A program made the translations under genes and the position numbers. DNA of 64,000 nucleotides from Ptychomitrium polyphyllum (Eukaryota), in contig OZ316775.1 of NCBI GenBank assembly GCA_973851085.1, forward strand, positions 19,592,001-19,656,000, written 5' to 3'. Of this stretch, positions 41,401 to 64,000 are shown in pieces (within the stretch, counting starts at the first letter, position 1; each line of letters opens with the position of its first letter). The notes under the pieces were generated by a model. That model did no database searches and was not told the DNA's origin. It worked only from the letters and a program-made list of their open reading frames with translations.

Positions 41401-44400
41401 AATAGTCCTTGATAAAGATCCTATAGAAGTTTGCAAATCCATGAAAACATTGGATATCACGTACCAATTTTGGCCTTGTCCAGTCGCTAATTGCTTTGAC
41501 TTTCTTAGGATCCATCAATAGTCCTTTGTTAGAGATGATATAATTAAGGAATTCCACTTGAGGTTTATGGAATACACATTTCTATAGCTTGCCATATAAA
41601 CCGACATCTCGTAGTTTTTGTAGGACAATGCAGATATGTTGTTCATGTTCCTCTGGATTTTTTTAATAGATCACGATATCATTCAGATAACATACGACAA
41701 AATCATCAAGGCATTTCCAAAATATGTCATTTATTAAGTGCTGAAAAATGGCAAATGCATTGATAAGTCCAAAACGCATAACATTGTATTCAAAATGTCC
41801 ATACCTTGTTTCAAAAGCCGTCTTCCATTTGTCTCCTTTTTTAATGCGCACCAAATTGTAGGCTCCTTGCAGGTCTACTCTTGTATAGATCTTTGCTCAG
41901 TCAAGTTAATTAATGAAGCCCAGATATCAGCGGCAATGGATATTAGTTGTTCTCCGTCATTTTGTTCAGATTGCGGTTTTGTACTGTAAATAGTTACAGC
42001 GCTCAAAACTTAGCTAATATGTATTATTTTGTGGATTTTGATTCTTTGTATTTTAAAAAGGAATATCATGATGAAAAGAGAAGTTAGATAAAAAAGATTG
42101 TGGTAAAACCACGATTTTGAGTGTCTTGGAAGTAGAAATGCATCTTGTCTTAGCTCATGGTGAAGGCGCCAGTTGACTATGTTATTTTCTTGTTTACTGT
42201 TTTCACTAGCAGTATTAAGCCAAGTGCTGCCATCTCAGTCAATAAACCCAACGAGAATAAAATTCAGATTGGTTCTGCAGTTGAACTTTATTCAGTCAAC
42301 TAAGTTTATGGCTTGGTGTTTGATTTTGTCTTAGTAGTAATTTTATGCTCATTGAACTTGAATTTTTTTCCTATTTTCTTCCTTTTACTTTAATTTTAGC
42401 TTCCTACTTTAGATTTGTTAGGATTGGTTTTATTTTCTTTTATAATTTGGAACCTACAAGTTTCAACTAAAGGAAAGGAAAAAAAAAAGTTAAGTTGTTT
42501 TGTATTTGAAGATATGGTTAGATAAGGGCTGATGTAGAGAGATAAGGTTGATGTGGAGTAATAAGAGGCGGATGTGGCGGTTTGACCACCGCCCTCTTCT
42601 TCTCTCTCGGCCTCTCCCACTTGTTATTTAAGGCAGCCTTTCCTTTTACCATATTGTATTGCACACTTCTTAGTTTGAATTGGTTTTTATTGGTTTTTTT
42701 TTTTTTCTTTGTTAGCTTTCCATAATGCCATCACACGCTCTATTTGGAGTTGTTATGTGACTGTCATACTAATTTGAATAAAGTTCGTCCAATTGTTTTG
42801 AGTTTCAAGAGCAGCTATTTTGAGTGCTTATAACTTTTTGTCAAAACGGTTTTTGAAGATGAAATTTGAACGGTAGTATTTTGATTACTTTAAAATTATA
42901 GTGTAAAATTTTTGAGGGAAAAGGATTTTCTTAGTATGAGTTGTAGGTGAATATGTAACCAGATTTTAGAAGGCAATATACAGCAGTGTAGAGGTTATAT
43001 ATTTTGAGTATAAAAGAAGATAGGAAAGATTTTTGAGGTTTATATTTTAGCAAAATGTTCATTGTAAGATATATTGTGTGTGTAAATATTTTCAAAGTTA
43101 GATTCATAATAGAAAAGAAGTTATAAGGTGGTAAGTTGAAGGGAGTGTTGTGAGAAAGATGAGAGCTTTGATTGCATGGATCTCAATGAATATAGCAGCT
43201 ATAATAATAAAACTTTTAGTGTAATTTTTACATGTTTTTTAAACATAGTACCAAAATATTAGGATCATTGGACTTTGGAATTAGGAAATATGGACAAATT
43301 TGTAAGCAAGATTTCAAAAGCAGTACATAGTTACGATTTGGGTTTGGAATGTGAACTTTACAAAGTATGTATAGAATGATAAACAAACTTAGAATTTAAT
43401 TGATTTCAATCATAATACCATCTAGTCTAATTAATGAAGAATTAGTAGCAGCTAGAGGCCTAGTGTTTTCTTAAAACAAGGCTCTTTTACCACGACAACG
43501 GAAATTTACACACATTTGTAAGAACCCATCTTTTTTTCTTTACAAAAAGTATTGGAGCACCAACAAGAAACTTTGAATGTTGAATGAAGTTCTTGGCTAA
43601 GTTTTCATCAATATACTCCTTTAGTGATGAAAGCTTATTTTGGAATAAATTATAAATAGATCCAAATGGTGGTTGGAGCCTTCTTGGAGGTCTATAACAC
43701 AAGCATAAGAACAATGTTTTGATAAGATGTCTGCATTCTTCTTTTTGAATACATCGTTGAACTCCTTATATTTTTGTAGAATTATTGAGGATGAAACCAC
43801 AACTTTGAACGTTGGAATTGCATACACAGCAAAAGAACCACCAGTCTTTGCTACTCTCATAAATGCTTTAGTTCCAATGAAGAAAGGCTTCATGATCTTA
43901 GATCTGTAGGATGCTTCAGCTTCCTCCGTAGGCTTAGTAGTTATAGGTTCTAATGATGGAAATTATATTTTGCGGGTTGCCCAATCTATCTGCAGGTTGT
44001 ACTTTTCAAGCCAAGAAAGTCTTAGAATGATGGAACTTGACGGAAACCTAATGACATTACATATCACTTGGCTTACGTAATTGTTCAATATTACTGTTAA
44101 TGGATTGGTCTCATGAATAACATTTCCGGAAGATAATGGTCAACCATCTATGACTTCTACATGGACAAGGCTATAGCTATTGAAAAGTTGGTATATGGCT
44201 GAGGCGTAATGAAAGTCTGTTTATCTTGTCGACGTTGAAATAGACAATAATTGCACTTCAAAGCTTGGCTGATGGCCTCATCAAGTATTTTGGGATTTGG
44301 CATGGATAGCAATAAATCCTTAATTTCGTCGCATACACCCCAATAAAATTGACTCATCAATGCTTCTTCTCCTCAATTGATGTTGCATGCAAGTTGTCGA

Positions 44401-45582
44401 AATTCCAATGCATAAATTGACATAAAACATGGCCCTTGGCGCAAGGCACAAATCTTAGTAGTTGCAAAATAAAGCTTGTCAAGGTTACCAAATGCTTCTA
44501 CAAATGCGGCTAGGAACGCATCAAAGTTGCTAAGTATGGGGGATTTTTTCTCAAAAAGTGGTGCAAACCAGGACAATACTTGTTCTGAGAGCAACGTTCC
44601 TACTAAACCAACATATGAAGCATCCATAGGATATCTTCAAGGTTGAAGCAAGGTAACAAGTTGAATTTGGTTTACAAAGCTTTAAAATTTCAAACGCGTA
44701 CCATCAAACTTTTATAGAAGGTTGATTCTAGGATCTTTGATTGTTGGCATTGAACTCCTAGCTTGAATTTGTCCGTCACTTATCAAATCAGGTCTAAATG
44801 ATGAAGCATCTAAGTTGATTTGGAATAGCAACTACGGTGATTCTGCTCCTTTACCATTGTATATGGTTAAATACAGTTCTTTATTTTGCTTGGATAAAGT
44901 CTCGGTCTTGATCTTCAATGCTTCAAGAGCATTGACAATGAAATCTAACTTTATTTCTTTTGAATCAATTATATTGACTTCTTCACTCTTTGGCATAGAA
45001 ATGAAGTGGAAATAGATAAAAGCTGTTAACTACATAAGAAATCAAAGAAAATTCAAGAGGAAATATCAGTCTAGAAGAAGGTAATCTGCAACCTCTAGAG
45101 TGCTATAGTGCTTTTGAAAAAGAAGGACAATCCACTATCTATCAAAAAAGACTAAGCTTTGATATTGTTGTATGGCAGTCTCAACAAATTGTTACAGACA
45201 AGTAGTAAGTACAAGACAAGTTTTTAGAATTTTAAGATGTGGAACAAGATAAGTCCAAGGTATATTAGAAGTATAGAGCTATATCAAGATACAAAAGACA
45301 AGGCCAAAAGATTTGACCTAGACCACAAGAAATGTGTTATCAAGACTGATGAGCTCTTTAGCCTTGACTCCTATATATACTAGAACTACAAGCCTTGGAA
45401 GCTTCTTGAAAAGCTTCACCTACATTGCTTCGTATTTAAGCAACCTTAAATTATTTCCTTGGAAGTTTCCTAAGCCAAGGTAACTTCTTTGGAAGCTTCC
45501 TAATTCAAAGGTAATTTCCTTGGAAGCTTCCTAAATCTTCTAAGAATCTTTTTAAATGCTTCTAATACATATGACCGTGACA
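38415..45582 (-). mobile_element. Decayed chromovirus-type Ty3/gypsy element of a related second family; 5' LTR 45582-45190, 3' LTR 38773-38415
   Basis: Minus-strand termini TGTCACGGTC...GTCCGTAACA. PPT AAAAGAGGAGGTGA at 38787-38774. Near-perfect 5-bp TSD TCTGA (38410-38414) / TCTAA (45583-45587). Gag, PR, RT, RH, INT and chromodomain fragments are in order. Confidence 0.93.
41948..43478. mobile_element. ~1.5-kb insert with TGTT...AACA ends (probable solo LTR) splitting the RT of the minus-strand element
   Basis: RT sequence stops at the YPLPLIS region (~41945) and resumes towards [10 protein letters not shown] (~43480 onward). The insert is non-coding with TG...CA termini. No clear TSD. Confidence 0.65.
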
Positions 45583-46523
45583 TCTAAACTAAGGAAAAGG
45601 ATTAGTAATTTCTTTTATAATTTATACAAGAAAAAAAAAGCTATATATAAAATCTTGAAACCTAATTCCAAATTTACTAATTTTCATGTAATCACACAAA
45701 CAAATGATTATTTATACATTATACATATTTGAAGAAATATTATGTCTTAATTTGAAAAACACAATATTATTTATTAAAAAAAAAATATAAATTCTATTAA
45801 GTAATCTAACATTTAACATATAACATTTGTATGTGTTTTTTTTTCAATAGTTTCAAAAAAAAAAAAAAAAAACATTAGAGTCTTTGAAGAAATATCATTT
45901 AAAGAGATAACATTTAAAGAGAATTTATTATACTTGATTTTCATATTTATTGATATTTTTTAAAGATTCCTTATATTAATTTTATTTCTAATTAATCTCT
46001 TTTAACAAAACAAGATTAATTAATCAAATTTTACAAAAACAAAAAAACATATTTGATAATTATTAAACAAAATACCCTGAAAAGAATCAAGATCCAGTTT
46101 TGTGTTATGTCATGATGAACACAATCTGTCAGAATTTCTTCAATCCCCACATGAATATGCCAAAATAACAAAATATTAAGGCATTTTTGGTTTAAGTTCC
46201 AAATCAAAATTCTGATATAAACAGCTCATACAATATTCTACATTTTCAAAATTATGAAAACAAAAATAAAAAACCATAATAAAATCTAACCATAAATATT
46301 TGATTCTAAACTATAATTAAAATTAAAATCGAATTAAAAACAAACAAACAAAAAAAAGCCAATAGATATTATATGAAAATAAATCAATAATACTTAAATG
46401 ATTTATATTTCAGTTTTTTGTTATAGTAAATTTTACAATAATTAAAAATCTACTCGATATTACAATTTTCTTGTAATGTTTCTATTATTCTTCATTTGAC
46501 ATAGTTTTTTGACATTTTAATTT

Positions 46524-46630
46524 CATATATATGCATACATTTATATGCATCTGTACACACACACTCACATACATATATATACATATATATAAAAAATATA
46601 TATATATACATATATATATGCATACGTACA
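46524..46630. repeat. Compound (TA)n/(CA)n microsatellite
   Basis: Interrupted runs of acacacac and atatatat. Confidence 0.8.
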
Positions 46631-47489
46631 TTAAAAAATCTAAATATGTCACTTGTTAGTTATTACAAATTTTATAGACAATTAAGTTTTTTCTTTTTAA
46701 ACCTATACTTTAGTAATTAAAAACAATTATAAAATAATTTATGCATATATTATTAATATAATCAAACTTTGAACAATCAATTTTGAACATATAAAACAAA
46801 TTCTAAAGTCTATTGCATTCTTAATATAAAACAATAAAATTTGACATAATTTTATGTGTTTAATTGTTGGAATGTATAGATGTTATGATTTGAAGGAAAC
46901 AAATTAAGTTACTATTAGCTTAAAGTCACTTAGAAGTTATAAAAGTTGATATTCTTAGTGATGAAGGTAAGACAAGATGAACTCATAAATCCATGAATTT
47001 ACTTTTTACAAAGGTTAAAAAAAACTAAAAAAATTAAGGTTTATATGATCAAAATGAAAATTATGATAATGCAAATTTAAAATTCTTTTATACATTGGAA
47101 TAAATAACTTTCAATACAATAAACGATACTGGTACATACTTACATAATATTCTTTGACAGATGGCTTTACACCATGATGGGGAATAGTAAAATGGTACTC
47201 CAATTTTTCTCCCAAGTGTTAAAATAACTTTGCCACATCCCAAGCCTTAAACCTCACGAAACATTGCATTCCCTGCAGATGGAGTATCCGGCCACAATTT
47301 CAACCACGGAAGTGGTACCGAGGTATTTGACTGAAACGTGCCATAGATATGGGGATAAATGGTGGGGACAATGGTGAAAAGTTCGATTTTAGGTTGGGAC
47401 AATCTGTACCAACTATAGAGCACTGTACCCCTATTTGGTGCAGACTGGCACTGAAGGAAAGCCATGTTGTTAAGACGCCATTCAGCAAC

Positions 47490-47870
47490 GTCACGCATGA
47501 CTTGACTGCATCGTATCCGAGAAGCGGCCACGTGGCAGGGACAAGCCGGAGCACAGGGCCCCGCAGGGCGGGGGCCCACCCTTACGCACGGGGCGCACGA
47601 CTTGTTGGGCTGTGATCCTCTGATCGGAGACCAGGGCTCACACCACGGCCGCCGGCTGTAACAGGGGGCCCCACGTGCCGCCCCCCTGAAGGCACCACGC
47701 TCACCCAACACTCGACCGCAGCGCCGGCCCCGCCAGGCTCCGGTGCCCACTCTGCCTGTCGGAGGTGCCAGTCCCCATTGGCTGGCCCCCACTCCGACTC
47801 GTCTCTCTGCACAGCCTGGCTCGACGCCCACCCCATAGCCGTCTCTTCCTCCAAAGCCGTGCCTGCACCC
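47490..47870 (+). promoter_or_regulatory. GC-rich promoter/5' region of the MAP3K gene with G-boxes and GGGCCC motifs
   Basis: GCCACGTGGC at 47527-47536, CCACGTG at ~47670 and several GGGCCC/GGCCCC sites. There is an abrupt GC rise about 0.9-1.3 kb upstream of the ATG. Confidence 0.5.
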
Positions 47871-48750
47871 AAAACCATTTTCACTGCCGGACTCTACAAT
47901 AATGCGAAGCGCATCTACGCTGTTGCGTTTGGAGGCGCTTGAGGTGGAAGGTGCGTCTCTAGTCGAGTCCTAGATTTGGAAGTCTGATGTTGTAGAGCAC
48001 CGTGGAGAGAGACGGTGATTGCAGTGTGTTTTGCTTTCTGGTACTGTATGTGGTCTTGCAAAAGCAAGATCTGCCCGTGCTGTAGGATGCACCGTCCCTC
48101 GCTTTCAACTCACAATCTTTCGCCTGCTGCACTCAGGCATGCAGGCATGTTGCTGTAGTGTCCAAACTTATTGCCAGTTTGACTCGTCTGTTGTTGGTTT
48201 GCCCAATTAAGGCACGCTCAGAACCTCAGATCTCTTTTTGCGACCAACTTTTGAGCTCGTGTTTGCTCGTCTTTTTGCACTTGCCTTGAATGACCATGGA
48301 CATCGCAGATGACGGTTTCACTTATGTTGGAGTATTTCGGAGTTGGGTTGTTGTAGCTCAGGAGTTGGGAAGGTTTCTGAATCTGGGTTTGGTAGCTTCA
48401 GGACTTAGGGTTTTGGAGGGTTCTGGAGCTTGAAGGAGGAGTAGCATTGGGTTTGATCAGGTTGGCTGTCAGTTAGGCGGTGTCGAGCGTGGAATTGGTT
48501 GTGCAACAGGGTCATAGGGGAGAGAGAGGAAGAGGAAGAGGAGGATGCTGCGGCGGTTGGGAAGTTTTTGGGGAGCGACGGTGGCAGGATGGCCTGAGAG
48601 GGGTTGAGCATGGGGCGTTGGCGGAGAGTGAATTGTCATGCGTGCATTTGGAGGCGGGTGCTTGTGTGAGAGCTGCACGATGAGGGCAGCGCAACACGTT
48701 CTACTTCAGGGAGCAGGCCGGATTCGGGCCCTAGTTGCGATCCTTTCACC

Positions 48751-60187
<11,437 letters not shown>

Positions 60188-62998
60188 CTTCTTCCTCTGG
60201 TTGTTACTATTTAAAAATAGAGCAACCCTTTATTTTTCCGAAAGGCATTTTCTTCAGGCCTTCCCCTCCACCTCCAAGACATAAAACATCTTGGCGTGTG
60301 CTGTATTATCGCTTCTCAAGCAAAAAGAGATTCTGTGCTGGTTCGGCAAAAAGTAATATTGACACGTTAGGTCTACATAAACCGTGATACGTCCTCAGAC
60401 TTATCCAATATGTACAAATATCAAACCTAGAGCATTTGCGGGTTAGACTCGGTAGTACCCTCTTAACAGAGGACCTTATTTAAGTTTTCAAACAGTGAGC
60501 TTATTCAATACGAAAGATCTCATAGTTCCTGCTCACGAAACAGGGACACCCATTGTAGTAATATCTAGCATTAACTTTGTAGCATAGTTTTGTAGCAGAA
60601 GACGTTGATTCTTCACAAAGTGTAGGGTGTACGATTTTCAATAACCTCTCCGATCCGCTTTCTGATTATGAGATGCTGTTTTGTACTCTTATTGTACCCC
60701 CTCAATGTAATTCCAAACTATCAATCACTTCAGATTTTGGAACTTCTTAACCTTCACTTGAATCCTGGTTTCTGGGATTTTATTGCTCCTTATCACTTCT
60801 ACAGTTCCTCTTGTTCTAATGTAATGAATAACTCTAACCTCACTGATTGTTGCCATTACTGTGAGTCTCAGGAAGTGTGGGAGTTTCACAGTGATTTGGA
60901 ATTTCCCTAGTGTAGCCTGCATTAATATTTAATATCCAAATTACTGTGAATGAAGTAATAAATAAATAGTTTTTATAAAATCAAATCTTGAAAATGTAAT
61001 AAAATAATAATTACTGTTAAGGATATTTTAGTATATAATGACAATTGTCATTATTTGCTCACATTAATTTGACTAATTTCTACCAAAGTTGGTGTAGAAT
61101 CAATAATGGCAATAACTTGTATTATTTGAGATTGAAGGCTTCCTACAAAGTTTTTGGAGAGCTAATGGCAACAATCAGCTCTCCAGAAACTCTCTAGAAA
61201 CTATAGTCATTACAAGTTTAACTAGTGCAATACCTATAGTAGGAAACACTATAGTAATTTGGTTTTGAGGTGGTTTTTTGGTAGATAATGCTATCTTCAA
61301 TTATTTTTCCAGCCTTCATTACTTTCTTCTTTTTATAATAGTTGCAAATGCTATTATTCATCTTATTGCATTATATTAATATTGTTCTAATAATCCATTG
61401 GATATCAATTCTTCTATAGATGAAATAGCTTTTTATTCCTATATGTATATAAAAGATTTAATATGTGGAAAGCTTTTGCCATTTTATTTTTTATTTGTAT
61501 TTTTTATGCACCTAATATTCTAGAGCATTCCAACAACTACATACTTGTAAATCCTATGTCAACTTTGATTCATATAGTACTAGAATGGTATTTCTTACCA
61601 ATTTACGTAATTATTTAAAGACCACCTAACAAATTAGGAGGTGTAGTTTCTATAGGACTGATTGTTGTATCAATATTTGTTTTTCCATTTATTAACACAT
61701 TGTAAGTACGGAGTTCAAGTTTCAACCAATTCACCAAAAATTATTTTGGTTGCTTTTGATAGATTGCTTACTTTTAGGCTAAATTAAAAGTCAATTTATG
61801 GAAGCACCATATGTTACTATTAGACAAATTGCTTAAGTTGGATTTTTCTTCTATTTTGCTATTGTACAAGTTCGAGATTGAAGGCTTCTTACAAATTTTG
61901 CTAGAAAGAACATTTAAATTGTAAACAAAGCAATTTATATATTCATTTCTATACAATACAAATGTTCATAGGTGTAAAAACGAAAAATAGAATAATTTTA
62001 AAACTAAAATTTCTAAAAATTCAAGATTATAAAATAAGTAGATACCTTGATTAAAATTTGTCAAATGGTTCTAGGTTTGAATTATTTTCAATATGCAATA
62101 TTCTTTTGAAGGTTGTTTTAGCATTTTGACAAGAACCTTTCTTGTAATGTTTTCAAATCAAGTGTAGCATATCATTCATTATTGTAAATGATAGTTTTAA
62201 GAGGTATATTTTAAAAGGTAGAATTGCATTTGAAGAAATAAAAGTCTACAATCTCAATCATTAATAAGGTGGGACAATCATTATAATGTGAAATAACTAA
62301 AGCCCTCTTTTGTAAATATTGAACAAATTTCAACAAATCTTAATGGATAGGAAACAAAGTTTAGAAGTTTAATTGAATTTGAAATTTTCAAATTTAATTT
62401 GCATTTTTTAATAAGAAAAATTTTAAGTGAATTTTGCAAAAGGTCAATAACCACTACTAAGTTAGTCTAATAATTACCTAAACAACAACTAGTAATTATC
62501 ACTACACAATCATCCAAGTCTTATTTAATAACCACCATGCACTAAAGTCTAATGTATAACAACTGTTATGTGGATCTATGATGTTCATAAGTGATTCTTT
62601 GTGTGCAATTTTAAACAACCAATATAGATTCTACTTATGTAGCAATTTGAAAATGCCTATCAACTCTTATGTAAATGCAATACATGACTACTGTTATTCA
62701 TTAAAACACCTATGAGATACAACACCTCATTAATTTTAGTTTAGAAATTTTGAGAAAAAATCTACTTATTGCCAAATGAGCACCCTTTTAAATATTACAT
62801 CTGAAATCTACAAAATAGATCACTCATATGCATCATAAGATTTTCAATGGCATATTTGGATATTTCCAAATTTTTCCATATACAAAATAAACATTGTACT
62901 CAATATTATATTATATGATTAAATACTTCATACAAGTGTCTTGTTTCTGACAACATCCATAAATGTCAAAAAATCAATGAAAATCAAGCTAAAATAGT

Positions 62999-64000
62999 AT
63001 GGGATCCAAAAGTAGAATGGAATCCAAAAAAGTAGGATGGAATCCAAAAAAGCAGGATGGAGTCCAGAAAAACACAATGGAATCAAGAAAAGCAAGATGC
63101 GGTCCAGAAAAGCACGATGGGGTCAAGAAAAGCACGATGGGGTCAAGAAAAGCTGGATGGGGTCCAAAAAAGCACGATGGGGTCAAGAAAAGCACGATGG
63201 AGTCAAGAAAAGCTGGATGGGGTCCAAAAAAGCACGATGGGGTTTAGAAAAACACGATGGGGTCTAGAAAAGCAGGATGGGGTCCAGAAAAGCAGGATGG
63301 GGTCAAGAAAAGCAGGATGGGGTCCAAAAAAGCACGATGGGGTCCAAAAAAGCACGATGGGGTCCAGAAAAGTAGAATGGGATCAAGAAAAGCAGGATGG
63401 AGTCAAGAAAAGCAGGATGGGGTCAAGAAAAGCAGGATGGGGTCCAGAAAAGCACAATGGGGTCAAGAAAAGCACGATGGGGTCAAGAAAAGCACGATGG
63501 AGTCAAGAAAAGCAGGATGGGGTCCTGAAAAGCAGGATGGGATCAAGAAAAGCAGGATGGGGTCCTGAAAAGTAGGATGGGGTCAAGAAAAGCAGGATGG
63601 GGTCCAGAAAAGCACGATGGGGTCAAGAAAAGCAGGATGGGATCAAGAAAAGCAGGATGGGGTCAAGAAAAGCAGGATGGGGTCCAGAAAAGCACGATGG
63701 GGTCCAGAAAAGCAAAATGGGATCAAGAAAGGCAGGATCGGGTCAAGAAAAGCAGGATGGGGTCCTGAAAAGCAGGATGGGGTCCAGAAAAGCAAAATGG
63801 GATCAAGAAAAGCAGGATGGGGTCAAGAAAAGCAGGATGGGGTCCAGAAAAGCACGATGGGGTCCAGAAAAGCAAAATGGGATCAAGAAAGGCAGGATCG
63901 GGTCAAGAAAAGCAGGATGGGGTCCTGAAAAGCAGGATGGGGTCCAGAAAAGCAGGATGGGGTCCAGAAAAGCAAAATGGGATCAAGAAAAGCAGGATGG
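62999..64000. repeat. 20-bp tandem satellite (GGTCMAGAAAAGCASGATGG), about 50 units, running off the window end
   Basis: Exact 20-nt register throughout, with more degenerate units at the left edge. Confidence 0.97.

Noticed and set aside
47247..47884. 194-aa and 100-aa minus-strand ORFs
   Set aside because: GC-rich promoter sequence giving low-complexity, unrecognisable translations.
62989..63928. Repetitive Lys/Gly-rich ORFs, or a CRISPR-like array
   Set aside because: These are translations of a 20-bp satellite. Units are contiguous with no unique spacers and there are no cas genes.

Overview
Eukaryotic plant genomic DNA. The intron-rich genes, AT-rich spacers, secretory-type PPO and chromovirus content point to a moss, probably Physcomitrium-like (inference). 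Five host genes can be supported: a two-exon polyphenol oxidase with a signal-peptide-like N-terminus (4140-5977, +); a head-to-head pair of near-identical, very GC-rich LEA-like genes (12951-14004, -; 16868-18056, +); a 14-exon CCD1-type carotenoid cleavage dioxygenase (20916-~25305, -); and a multi-exon MAP3K-epsilon/Cdc7-Cdc15-like kinase (48751-60187, +). About 26.0-45.6 kb is a nest of decayed chromodomain-bearing Ty3/gypsy elements with two foreign LTR-like inserts. A 20-bp satellite runs off the right edge. The most notable signals are: (i) a sharply bounded homogenised tract between the inverted LEA copies; (ii) co-varying LTR/PBS complementarity in three elements, suggesting tRNA-independent self-priming; (iii) a conserved extra ORF after pol; (iv) stacked in-frame starts on CCD1 that could give different targeting. 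No prokaryote-type system (CRISPR, operon) is present. All coordinates were read by eye, without alignment tools.
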